Below, piece by piece: positions 49,138 to 58,249 of a stretch of DNA of 64,000 bases. Source of the DNA: a candidate division FCPU426 bacterium (lineage in GTDB: Bacteria > Oederibacteriota > JAAXVQ01 > JAUVAV01); contig JBFLYH010000002.1 of the NCBI GenBank assembly GCA_040756875.1, forward strand, positions 638,978 through 702,977, read 5' to 3'. The notes under the pieces are model-generated. The model did no database searches, was not told the origin of the DNA, and saw nothing but the letters and a program-made list of their open reading frames with translations. A program made the position numbers and the translations under genes. The number at the start of each line of letters is the position of its first letter. The stretch's first letter is position 1.

Positions 49138-49490
49138 TGCAAGGCTCCTTTGCGCCAGGCGTACGCCAGCCCCAGCAAAAGAATAGCGATGAACACGGCC
49201 ATCTCGATCAGGGCCGGAACGCCCAGGCGGACGAAGGCCACGGCCCACGGGAAAAGGAAAATGGCTTCCACGTCGAACACCACGAACACCAGGGCCACCA
49301 GGTAGAACATGGGCCTGAACCGCACCCAGGTCGGGCCGACAGTGGGCTCGCCGCACTCGTAGGGCTCCATTTTCACGGGCGTGGGATTCATGGGCCTGAA
49401 GAACCACGACACCCAGGCTCCGGCCAGCAAACACCCCAGGCCGACGACCAAGGCGATGACAATGGTGGTATAGGGTCCCACGGTGGTCAC
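49128..49490 (-). CDS. nuoA: NADH-quinone oxidoreductase subunit A
   Basis: [23 protein letters not shown]. Confidence 0.94.
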   Translation of the reverse strand: MTTVGPYTTIVIALVVGLGCLLAGAWVSWFFRPMNPTPVKMEPYECGEPTVGPTWVRFRPMFYLVALVFVVFDVEAIFLFPWAVAFVRLGVPALIEMAVFIAILLLGLAYAWRKGALQWR

Positions 49491-49525
49491 GAGGTCTGCT
49501 CCTTGCTCGTTGTCAATCTAATCCG

Positions 49526-50494
49526 TTACCGGTCTCGCTCCACGGCCATTCTCGCCAAGGCCAGGAGGCCGCGCTTAACCTGCGATTCCTTGAAACAATC
49601 CAATTCGCGTTCCGCCAGCCGGACCAAAGCTTGGCTGCGGGCCGCGGTCTGAACCAGCGCTGCGGTGCCTGCCAGCAGGCGCCGCACAGCGGCCTGTCCG
49701 GCCGCTCCCTGGCGTAAAGACCGCTGCAATGCCCGGCGCTGCGCGCCGCGCAGCTGCCGCAATCCCAGGATGACGGGCAGAGTCAGGTGCCCGGTCTGGA
49801 AATCCGCGCCCACGGGTTTGCCCAGACGGGCCTGGCGGCCGGTCAGGTCCAGCAGGTCGTCCTGGATCTGAAAAGCCAGCCCCATCTTCATGCCAAAACG
49901 CCGCAGGCTTTCCACCTGCCCCGGGGAGCCTTTGGCCAGCATGGCCCCGCCCGCGCCGCACGCCGCGAACAGACTCGCGGTTTTCCGTTCGATAATCCGC
50001 TGGTACTGCGCCGGCGTCAGGTTCAGCCGGCCCCGGTGGCGCTGTTCGGCGATTTCGCCCAGGCACACCTGCTGCGCAGTGCTGGCCAGGAGCTCCTGGA
50101 CCCGCGTCGGCAGACCGCCGAAGGCCGCGCGCATGACCTGCGTAAACAGGTAATCACCGGCCAGCACGGCCACGGCATTGCCGAAATGCGCATTCAGCGT
50201 GCGCTGGTGCCGGCGCTGCCCCGCTCCGTCCAGCACGTCGTCGTGCAGTAGCGTGGCAGCGTGAAAGAGCTCCAATACCGCGGCCAGCTGCTGCGCCGCG
50301 GGCGTCACCCGGCCGCAGGCTGCGGCCGACAGCAGCGTCAATTGCGCCCGCACCCGCTTGCCCCGGGTCAGACCGGCCAGATCCAGTAAACGGCGGAGAA
50401 AAGGGTCCGGTGCCTTGAGCAGACGCCGCAGTCGCTGGTCCACTGGTTTCAAAGTGAGAAAACGGACTGCTCCAGGGAGAACCATGCTTGGCAT
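49526..50494 (-). CDS. Trans-polyprenyl diphosphate synthase
   Basis: GKRVR, LLHDDVLD, KTASLF, FQIQDDLLD. Confidence 0.92.
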   Translation of the reverse strand: MPSMVLPGAVRFLTLKPVDQRLRRLLKAPDPFLRRLLDLAGLTRGKRVRAQLTLLSAAACGRVTPAAQQLAAVLELFHAATLLHDDVLDGAGQRRHQRTLNAHFGNAVAVLAGDYLFTQVMRAAFGGLPTRVQELLASTAQQVCLGEIAEQRHRGRLNLTPAQYQRIIERKTASLFAACGAGGAMLAKGSPGQVESLRRFGMKMGLAFQIQDDLLDLTGRQARLGKPVGADFQTGHLTLPVILGLRQLRGAQRRALQRSLRQGAAGQAAVRRLLAGTAALVQTAARSQALVRLAERELDCFKESQVKRGLLALARMAVERDR

Positions 50495-50539
50495 CACACC
50501 TTTGGCCAAAAACCGGATTACTTAAACATCCGCGGCAGG

Positions 50540-50662
50540 GTGAAACTCCCCGCGGCTTGCCACGGGGGCTTCTGAATGTCACCCCTCCCTAGACCCCAGG
50601 GACCTTGGGGCCGAACCTTTCTCTCCATCCCTACGGCGAGCTGCGGGGCTTTGGTGAAGGGG
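50540..50662 (-). mobile_element. Non-coding IS200/IS605-like mini-element (PATE-like), copy 1
   Basis: Minus strand: TTAC, left hairpin, conserved core, then GAAGCCCCCGTGGCAAGCCGCGGGGAGTTTCAC; homologous to 54356..54482. Confidence 0.65.
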
Positions 50663-50811
50663 GTAAAAACGGCAGCCATCCTAACAAATGGGCGTTGATT
50701 CTGTCAACGATCAACTGGAGGGGTTTTGTTATCCGGCTGGCGTTTTTATTTATACCCTTCGATTATAAGAATTTTCCGCCAGGAGCAGGTCGGAAAATCC
50801 GCCAACAGCCG

Positions 50812-51537
50812 CTAAAAATTCTCTTTAAGCTTGCCCTTGAGCCTGGGATGGCGTTTGATCTCCCTGACGATTTCCTCCGGGTCATCCAGAACGCGAAAAG
50901 GCTTGATTTCCTTGGGCGAAAGCATTCCCGATTTGACCATGTGGGAATCCATCCACTTAAGCAGCGTGTGCCAGTAGTCCTTGCCCACGAGAATCACCGG
51001 GAACGGCCTGACTTTGGCGGTCTGGATCAGGGTCATCAATTCGAAGCACTCGTCCATGGTGCCTAACCCGCCGGGCATGATCACGGCCGCAGAGGCGTAT
51101 TTGATGAACATGACTTTGCGGACGAAAAAATACCGAAACCCCAGGGGCAGGTTGACGTACCGGTTGACGCGCTGCTCTTCGGGCAATTCGATGTTCAAGC
51201 CCACGGACAAGCCGCCGACTTCAAATGCACCCCGGTTGGCGGCTTCCATAATCCCCGGACCGCCGCCGGTAATGACCGCAAACCCGGCTTTGGCGAGCTT
51301 GGCGGCAATGGCGCGGGCCAGTTGGTATTCATGGCTCCCGGCTTTGGCGCGGGCCGAGCCGAAAACCGTCACCGCCGGACCGATTTTGGACATCAGTTCG
51401 AACCCGTCCACGAATTCGGACATAATTCGGAACACGCGCCAGGAATCCTCATCGAACAGATTCCGGCCTCCGATCGGGCGGTTGAGGTACCGCCGGATGT
51501 CTTGGGGCCCCTTGAACCGGACTTGGCTGCGTTTCAT
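50812..51537 (-). CDS. LOG family (TIGR00730) nucleotide phosphoribohydrolase
   Basis: VTVFGSAR, TGGGPGIME, RKVMF, PGGLGTMDE. Confidence 0.92.
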   Translation of the reverse strand: MKRSQVRFKGPQDIRRYLNRPIGGRNLFDEDSWRVFRIMSEFVDGFELMSKIGPAVTVFGSARAKAGSHEYQLARAIAAKLAKAGFAVITGGGPGIMEAANRGAFEVGGLSVGLNIELPEEQRVNRYVNLPLGFRYFFVRKVMFIKYASAAVIMPGGLGTMDECFELMTLIQTAKVRPFPVILVGKDYWHTLLKWMDSHMVKSGMLSPKEIKPFRVLDDPEEIVREIKRHPRLKGKLKENF

Positions 51538-52394
51538 GCTCGCTGTTCCTCCCTTTGCGCGGCGGCCCGCAGGGTGTTGGCCATCAACATGGCGATGGTC
51601 ATGGGGCCTACGCCGCCGGGCACGGGCGTGATGTGGCCCGCTTTTTCCCGCGCCTGCGCAAAAGCCACGTCGCCGCAGAGCCCGCTTTCGTCGCGGTTGA
51701 TGCCCACGTCGATCACCACGGCGCCCGGCTTGATGAAGTCCCCGAGGATGCAGAATTTCTTGCCCACGGCCACCACCAGCACGTCCGCGGTCCGGCACTC
51801 GGCCGCCAGGTTTTCAGTGCGCGAGTGGCAGAGCGTAACCGTGGCATGCTCGTGCAGCAGCAGGAGGGCCGTGGGTTTGCCCACGATGTTCGACCGGCCC
51901 ACGACCACGGCCTTTTTTCCGGGCAGGGAGATCCCCGTGGACCGGATCAAGGCCATGATTCCGGCGGCCGTGCACGGCACAAAACGAGGATGGCCGGCCA
52001 AAAGCCTCCCCATGTTCGCGGGATTGAAGCCGTCCACGTCCTTGTCCGGGTCCACGGCAGCCAGAACGCGCTCCGAGGAAATGTGTTTGGGCAGGGGCAG
52101 TTGAACGAGAATGCCGTCCACGTGCGGATCGGCGTTCAACCGTCCAATGACGGCCAGCAGGTCGTCCTCTGAAACAGAAGCCGGATAATCCTCGGTAAAA
52201 GCGCGGAACCCCAGCTCCTCGCCCCGCTTGCGCTTGCCGCGGACATAAATGTGCGAAGCCTCGTCGTCACCCACCAGCACCACGGCCAAGCCCGGCGGGC
52301 GGCCCGAGCGGGCGCGAAAAGCGGCGATTTGGCCTTGCAATTCCCCGCATAAACGGGCGGCCTGGGCTTTACCGTCAATAATTTGGGCAGTCAA
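51534..52394 (-). CDS. folD: Methylenetetrahydrofolate dehydrogenase/cyclohydrolase
   Basis: GILVQLPLP, KDVDGF, GRSNIVGKP, TPVPGGVGPMT. Confidence 0.96.
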   Translation of the reverse strand: MTAQIIDGKAQAARLCGELQGQIAAFRARSGRPPGLAVVLVGDDEASHIYVRGKRKRGEELGFRAFTEDYPASVSEDDLLAVIGRLNADPHVDGILVQLPLPKHISSERVLAAVDPDKDVDGFNPANMGRLLAGHPRFVPCTAAGIMALIRSTGISLPGKKAVVVGRSNIVGKPTALLLLHEHATVTLCHSRTENLAAECRTADVLVVAVGKKFCILGDFIKPGAVVIDVGINRDESGLCGDVAFAQAREKAGHITPVPGGVGPMTIAMLMANTLRAAAQREEQRA

Positions 52395-52631
52395 ATAAAG
52401 CGTCCTCCAGCTGAAAACTGGCCTCTACAATACTCTAGACGCTGTTTTTTTTCCACAAATTCCTTTTATTAATATGGGGTTAGTGTTAAAATTTTTCATC
52501 ATCCTGCTGATCTCCTTGGTTGACCTTATAGCATGGGGGGTGATCCGTCCGACCAAGACGCAGAAAAGGTGATGGAAAAACCACATGCAGCACAAAATAC
52601 AATTTTTCAACATCTTTCAAGGAGGAAAAAA

Positions 52632-54305
52632 GTGAAGAAACTAATACTTTTAAGCCTTGTATGCTGCCTGACAGCCGCCTTGGCCAGTCCGGCGGCAGCA
52701 CTGCGTTGGCCGGCGAACATGAGCTACCGGGTCAACACCATGGGTGGAGCCACCCTGGTCATTGAAGACGAAACCACAGCCATCACGGTTTTCAATCATG
52801 AAAACGTCGCGGGCGTGGTGTTGAACAAAAAAGAAAACCGTTCGGATTTCGGTCTCGGATACTCCGGCACCACCTACAAGGTGGAACCCACGGGCGTGAC
52901 GTATGAAACAACGTCCTCCAACTTGTTCCTGGCGCGTCCGGGCGCTGAATACCGCGGTTTGACCTACTGGGTGGACGATGCGCTGGCTGTCCGGGTAGGC
53001 ATTGAAGGCATGATGGTCAACATCAACAGCAAGACCACCCCGGCGGTTGGCACGGCCACCGAGGAGAAATTCGGCTTCTCCGGCCTCGGCGGCGGCGGTT
53101 CGGCCTCGTATAAGCTGGACATGGGCCTGGCATTCGGCGCGGGTGTGAGCTACATCGGTGCAGGCGGCAAGCCGGATTCCCTGGACGGCGCTTACAACGT
53201 CGCGGCCATGGTTTCCGGCGATCCGACAGCCACCACCAGCAAGTTCGAAGTCGCGGCTTCCTGCCTCTCCTGGGGCATTGGCGCGGCCTATGAAGCGGCC
53301 CTGGGCAGCGAAGACAAGCTGACCATCGGCGCTGGCGTGCACGGAGACGATGACCAACCCAACTTGGGCAGCATCGCCAATCCCGCAGCCCTGCTGAGCG
53401 GTTCGCCCACCATGATGGGCGATTACAGCGGCACCATCACGATCGAAGGCTCGGCCGGCGGCCTGGACAACGTGGGCCAGAAATACACCATGAGCCAGGC
53501 GCCGCTGGGCATCAATGCGGAAGCCATCTACAACATGGGCAAAATGCTGGAAGCCGGCCTGCTGTTTGATTACAAAATGGCCGAAATGAAACTGAAGACC
53601 GAATACACCGGTTTCGACGCCCTGCCTCCGGCAGCACGTCCGGTGGACACGGAGCAAAAACTCGCAGCGACCAACCTCATGGGCATCACGCCGGTTATCC
53701 GCGCCATGCTGCCCCTTGCCGAGGACATGACCCTGGTGCCTGGCCTCTCCTTCACCACCTGGGGCAGCGGCACCATGGATCTTTATACTGACAACGGCAC
53801 CACAGCCGACGTGAACGACACCTATAAATACCAAACCAACACCCTGTCGCAGAGCATGTTCGGCATCGGCTGCGGCTTGCAGGCCATGGGCAAGCAGTTG
53901 GCCTTGGCCGTGCAGTATGAAACCGGCAGCGACAAGACCGAGAGCAAGTTCTACGACGTCAATGGCACGGACATCACCCCGGCCGGGACTGATCCGGCCG
54001 AGGGCAGCTCGAGCAACCTGCGCGCCGGCGCCGAGTTCTGGGTCATGCCCATGCTCGCCATCCGCGCTGGTTTTGCCTCCTTGCTGCACACGACCAAGGA
54101 CGGCGCCGTGGATTCCAGCGGCAACCCCACGGATCTGAAAAACATGACCAACCGCATTTCGTTTGGCGCGGGCGTGGAATTGCCGGACGGCCTGCGGGCT
54201 GACCTGTTGGTGGGCTTGAACACGCTCACTCAGGATCCGGCTTCGAATCCCGAACCGACCAACACGGCCATGGATGTCTGGCTGGGCATCAAGCTTCCTC
54301 TTTAA
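52632..54305 (+). CDS. Outer-membrane beta-barrel or major surface protein
   Basis: AGGAGG RBS, signal peptide, many amphipathic beta-strands, C-terminus VWLGIKLPL, own terminator. Confidence 0.75.
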   Translation: MKKLILLSLVCCLTAALASPAAALRWPANMSYRVNTMGGATLVIEDETTAITVFNHENVAGVVLNKKENRSDFGLGYSGTTYKVEPTGVTYETTSSNLFLARPGAEYRGLTYWVDDALAVRVGIEGMMVNINSKTTPAVGTATEEKFGFSGLGGGGSASYKLDMGLAFGAGVSYIGAGGKPDSLDGAYNVAAMVSGDPTATTSKFEVAASCLSWGIGAAYEAALGSEDKLTIGAGVHGDDDQPNLGSIANPAALLSGSPTMMGDYSGTITIEGSAGGLDNVGQKYTMSQAPLGINAEAIYNMGKMLEAGLLFDYKMAEMKLKTEYTGFDALPPAARPVDTEQKLAATNLMGITPVIRAMLPLAEDMTLVPGLSFTTWGSGTMDLYTDNGTTADVNDTYKYQTNTLSQSMFGIGCGLQAMGKQLALAVQYETGSDKTESKFYDVNGTDITPAGTDPAEGSSSNLRAGAEFWVMPMLAIRAGFASLLHTTKDGAVDSSGNPTDLKNMTNRISFGAGVELPDGLRADLLVGLNTLTQDPASNPEPTNTAMDVWLGIKLPL

Positions 54306-54317
54306 TCGGTCTCAGTT

Positions 54318-54354
54318 AAAAAAGGCGGGGAGCCGTTGCTCCCCGCCTTTTTTA
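54318..54354 (+). terminator. Bidirectional Rho-independent terminator
   Basis: AAAAAAGGCGGGGAGC-CGTT-GCTCCCCGCCTTTTTT. Confidence 0.9.
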
Positions 54355-54355
54355 T

Positions 54356-54482
54356 TCCCCTTCGCCAATAACTCGCTGCTTGCCGAGGGGCTACGGCGGG
54401 TCTTGAGGCTCGCCCCAAAGTCCCTGGGGTCTAGGGAGGGATGACATTCAGATGCCACGCAGATTACTGCGTGGAGCTTCAT
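54356..54482 (+). mobile_element. Non-coding IS200/IS605-like mini-element, copy 2
   Basis: TTAT, then TCCCCTTCGCCAA..., core 41/44 identical to copy 1, ending GATGCCACGCAGATTACTGCGTGGAGCTTCAT. Confidence 0.65.
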
Positions 54483-54512
54483 TTTCCCCATCCCCAAACA
54501 TCCTGAAGCAGA

Positions 54513-54542
54513 TTGTCAAACACCCGGCCTCTCTGGTAAACT
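54513..54542 (+). promoter_or_regulatory. Sigma70-type promoter of the PorV-TPR operon
   Basis: TTGTCA-18 nt-TAAACT. Confidence 0.45.
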
Positions 54543-54565
54543 ATGAGGAATAAGGAGCAGCTTGC

Positions 54566-56287
54566 ATGCGGCGCCTATTCCATGCGGTCCTTTTCCTCTC
54601 GCTCTCTTTGGTCGCCGGCACCCCGTGCCTCTCCCTGGCAGCCGAGGGCGATGCCGGCACCGAAGGGCCTTTTAATTTCGGGGTGGATGCCCGGGCCGTT
54701 GCTCTGGGACGGGCTTACACCGGTGTAGCCGAGGATGCCAGTGCCATTTATTGGAATCCCGGCGGCTTGGGACGCCTGGACAAAGCCGAAGTCGCCGCGC
54801 TATACGTTCCTTTATATGAGCAGACGGACTATGGTTTCTTGAGCCTCGCCTATCCTATCTACCGCCTGGGCGTCATCGGCGTCGGGGTTTTGGCCCAAAG
54901 CAGCCGCGGCATTCCCAAAACCGACGCCTATGACAACAGCCTGGGCGAATTCTCCGACACCCAGCTTTCCTGGCTGATCTCCTATTCCCGCATCTGGTGG
55001 CAAAACCTCGCAGCCGGCGTGAATCTCAAGGGTTATTACCACGGTCTGGACACTTATTCAGGCTGGGGGTTCGGCCTGGATGCGGGCATCCATTATCTGG
55101 CCGACGCATATGTACCTGGTTTGTCCCTGGGACTAACGGCCACCAATGCCTGGCCGCCGCAGGTGACGCTCGTGACCACTCCGGACATTTATCCCCTTAA
55201 CCTGCGCCTGGGCGCGGGCTACCATTTCGACCTGGATGCCGGCGGAGACCACCGCTTACTGATCAGCGTGGACGGCGAGAAACCCGAGTATGCGGGGTTC
55301 AAGCTGCATGCCGGAGCCGAATACCGCTTGTATAAAATCGTATCGGTCCGCGCCGGCTGGGATCACGACCAACCCACCCTGGGCGCAGGCGCGACGTATT
55401 GGGACTGGCGGCTGGACTACGCCTTGAGCCTGCAACCCGAGCTCGGACCCCTGCACTTGTTCACTTTAGGTTGGCGTTTCGGCCCTTCGCTGAGCGAAAA
55501 CGCCCAGGCCGAGCGTCAGCAAATCATGAACGAACTGCGTTTGTCCATGTCCAAGCAGTACAACCAGCGCGGCCAGGAGCACATGGCTCGCCACGAGTAT
55601 GCGGAAGCCGTGGAGGAATTCAAGAAGGCGCTGAGCTGGATGGAAGAATCAGGCGAAATCGCCGGCAACTTGGATAAAGCCCAGACCGCCTGGAACCGCC
55701 AGCAGGCCGAAACCAAAGCCCGCGAAGCCGAGCGTTTCTACTCCCAAAAAGCCTATTTCGACGCCCTCTTGTCCTGGCAGGGCGCAGCCAAGCTGAATCC
55801 CGAGTTTCCCGGCGTGAAAACCCAAATCGCCAAAGCGCAGCGGGCGCTGAAGTCACAGTTGGCCGCCGCCCCCCGCGCCAAGGCGCAGCGCGCCGGCAGT
55901 CGCGAGCAGGAAGCCCAGGACCTTTTTGTCCAGGGGCTGGCGTACTATGCGGACAGCGATTTTACCCGGGCCATCGCCAAATGGCGGGCAGCCCTGGAAA
56001 CCGATCCTTCGCATGTCCAGGCTGCAGCCTACCTGGCCAAGGCCGAAACTCAAAAACCCCAGCAGCCCTTGCCGGATGTGACGCCCACCACCAGCGAGCG
56101 CCAGCGTCAGGAAGCCCAAACCCTGTATGAATCCGGCCTGGTCAAGTACCGGCAGCGTGAATTTGCCCAAGCCCGGGCGCTCTGGCAAAAAACCCTGGCG
56201 CTGGATTCACGGCACGCGGACGCCCAGCGCGGGCTGGAGCGCATCGAGGCGATTCTGAAAGCTTTTGAAGACCGGGGTATCAAGTAA
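54566..56287 (+). CDS. PorV/UPF0164-like barrel fused to TPR repeats
   Basis: Signal peptide, GVDARAVALGRA, YWNPGGL, LDYAL, then TPRs. Confidence 0.85.
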   Translation: MRRLFHAVLFLSLSLVAGTPCLSLAAEGDAGTEGPFNFGVDARAVALGRAYTGVAEDASAIYWNPGGLGRLDKAEVAALYVPLYEQTDYGFLSLAYPIYRLGVIGVGVLAQSSRGIPKTDAYDNSLGEFSDTQLSWLISYSRIWWQNLAAGVNLKGYYHGLDTYSGWGFGLDAGIHYLADAYVPGLSLGLTATNAWPPQVTLVTTPDIYPLNLRLGAGYHFDLDAGGDHRLLISVDGEKPEYAGFKLHAGAEYRLYKIVSVRAGWDHDQPTLGAGATYWDWRLDYALSLQPELGPLHLFTLGWRFGPSLSENAQAERQQIMNELRLSMSKQYNQRGQEHMARHEYAEAVEEFKKALSWMEESGEIAGNLDKAQTAWNRQQAETKAREAERFYSQKAYFDALLSWQGAAKLNPEFPGVKTQIAKAQRALKSQLAAAPRAKAQRAGSREQEAQDLFVQGLAYYADSDFTRAIAKWRAALETDPSHVQAAAYLAKAETQKPQQPLPDVTPTTSERQRQEAQTLYESGLVKYRQREFAQARALWQKTLALDSRHADAQRGLERIEAILKAFEDRGIK

Positions 56288-56333
56288 TGATCATCGCGGC
56301 CCAGACGAACGCGGCCGGGAGAAGGAGCAAGGG

Positions 56334-56690
56334 ATGAAACACATGAAAATCACCCAGGACCTGCGGGAAGGCGTGCACCTCCTTACGGTTTCCGGGTTCA
56401 TGGACATGACCTCGGTTCCCAAATTCGAAGCTGCGCTCGACGAGTTGATCGCCCAGGGCGTCATCCATATCGTCCTCGACTTGTCCTATCTGGAATTCAT
56501 CACCTCCGCCGGCTTGGGAGCCATTATCGGCCGCATCCGTCGGGTGCGTCAGCAGGAGGGCGACATCAAAGTGGGCGGCTGCTCGGACCGGGTCATGGAA
56601 GTGCTCAAGACCTTCGGCTTTACCGATGTCTTTCAAGTCAGCCCGACGGCGGAAGCCGCGCTGGCGCAGTTTAAAACCACCCCATCCTGA
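56334..56690 (+). CDS. STAS domain anti-sigma factor antagonist
   Basis: LDLSYLEFITSAGLG, GDIKV. Confidence 0.9.
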   Translation: MKHMKITQDLREGVHLLTVSGFMDMTSVPKFEAALDELIAQGVIHIVLDLSYLEFITSAGLGAIIGRIRRVRQQEGDIKVGGCSDRVMEVLKTFGFTDVFQVSPTAEAALAQFKTTPS

Positions 56691-56710
56691 TCCAGCCGGG
56701 AGGCGTTCCC

Positions 56711-58249
56711 ATTCCATCCGCACCGTTCAAGCGCGGGATCGGCCTGCGCTTCAAATTTTCGGTCATCGTCAGCCTGCTGATCGTGGCCCTGATGGCTTCA
56801 GTGACGCTGGTGGTGCATTACCGCGTGCGGCAAACCCTGCTCACTCAAATGCGCGTCAAGGGCGCAGCCCTGGCGCGGGGGCTGGCGGCCAACGCCGCAG
56901 AGGCCATGCTGACCCGCGACCGCCTGCAACTGGCCGAACTGGTGGACAAAACGCTCGCCGCCGAAACCGGCATCGTGGCAGCCGCCCTGGTGGATGCCGA
57001 CGGGGTGGTCGTGGCGCACAGCGACTTCCGCCTGGAGGGCCGGCAATACCGCGAGCAGCTTCCCCAGGCGGTGTCTGTCGAGCCCCTTGCTCCCGGAGAA
57101 ATCCTCGGCTATGCCCGGCAGGGCGACGACTGCCTGGATTTCTCCCTGCCGGTCCGCATCGAGGGCAAGGACCAGGCCGTGCTGGGCTCGGCCCACGTCG
57201 TGTATTCCCTGTCACCCATCAAGCGGGTGGTCTACGAAACCCTGCAGAGCATCTTCCTCATCGCCGCCGGCGGACTGATCATCGGCATTCTGTTCGCCCT
57301 GGCGTGGGTCCGCCAGATCACCCGGCCGGTCGCCAAACTGGCGCAGGCCGCCGGCGCCCTGGGCCAGGGCGACCTGGACGTGCGGGTGCCGCTGCGCCGC
57401 CGCGACGAACTGGGCCAGCTGGCCGTGGCCTTCAACGCCATGGCCGCCAATCTCAAGCAAGCCCAGGCGGACCTGCTCGAGAAAGAGCGGATGCAGCACG
57501 AGATGGAAATCGCCCAGCGGATCCAAAACGCGCTGATCCCCAAACGCTGCCCCGAGATCCCCGGCTATTCGTTGAGTGCGCTCTACCGCGGCGCGCTGGA
57601 AGTCAGCGGCGATTACTACGACTTTGTTCCTGTGGATGCCAAGCATTGGGGCATCGTGGTGGGGGACGTTTCCGGCAAAGGCGTGCCCGCCGGCCTGGTC
57701 ATGGCCCAGATCCGCTCCACCCTGCGCAGCCTGGCGCCGCGCGCCCTGTCGCCCCAGGCGGTTTTGGCCCGCGTTCAGGCGCAGATGTACCCTGACATGC
57801 GCGACGACATGTTCGTCACCGCTTCGTATGTGGTGCTGGACCCGGCCTCCGGATCCGCCGTCCTGTCCCGGGCCGGGCATCTGGCCGCCTGGGTCTACCG
57901 CCGCGCCCAGCGCCGGTTTGAACTGGCCCTGCCGAACGGCATTGCCATCGGGATATCGGACCCGGACACGTTTTCCTGGGTGCTCAAAGAGGAAACCATC
58001 CACCTTCGCCCCGGCGATTTCATTTTCCTCTACACCGACGGAGTGGACGAGGCCTATAACCGGCAGCAGGAGTTTTTCGGCAGCGAACGGCTGTTGCAGA
58101 CGCTTTTGAAATCCGCCGACCTGTCCGCGGCGGACATCCTCGCCGGACTGGACCGCGCGCTGCAGGACTTCATGGCCGGCGGCTCGCAAACCGACGACAT
58201 TACCATGGTGTTGGTAAAAGCGGAGGAAAAAGCCAGGGCTAAAGGGTGA
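56711..58249 (+). CDS. Membrane HAMP + SpoIIE/RsbU PP2C phosphatase (probable ATT start)
   Basis: IGLRFKF before the first transmembrane helix, HAMP, EVSGDYYD, GDVSGKG, YTDG, DDIT; GGGAGG 7 nt before ATT. Confidence 0.85.
   Translation: MPSAPFKRGIGLRFKFSVIVSLLIVALMASVTLVVHYRVRQTLLTQMRVKGAALARGLAANAAEAMLTRDRLQLAELVDKTLAAETGIVAAALVDADGVVVAHSDFRLEGRQYREQLPQAVSVEPLAPGEILGYARQGDDCLDFSLPVRIEGKDQAVLGSAHVVYSLSPIKRVVYETLQSIFLIAAGGLIIGILFALAWVRQITRPVAKLAQAAGALGQGDLDVRVPLRRRDELGQLAVAFNAMAANLKQAQADLLEKERMQHEMEIAQRIQNALIPKRCPEIPGYSLSALYRGALEVSGDYYDFVPVDAKHWGIVVGDVSGKGVPAGLVMAQIRSTLRSLAPRALSPQAVLARVQAQMYPDMRDDMFVTASYVVLDPASGSAVLSRAGHLAAWVYRRAQRRFELALPNGIAIGISDPDTFSWVLKEETIHLRPGDFIFLYTDGVDEAYNRQQEFFGSERLLQTLLKSADLSAADILAGLDRALQDFMAGGSQTDDITMVLVKAEEKARAKG

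Noticed and set aside
50524-50531. AAACATCC present in the flanks of both mini-elements
   Set aside because: Only 8 nt and in opposite orientation relative to the elements, so not a target-site duplication; likely chance.
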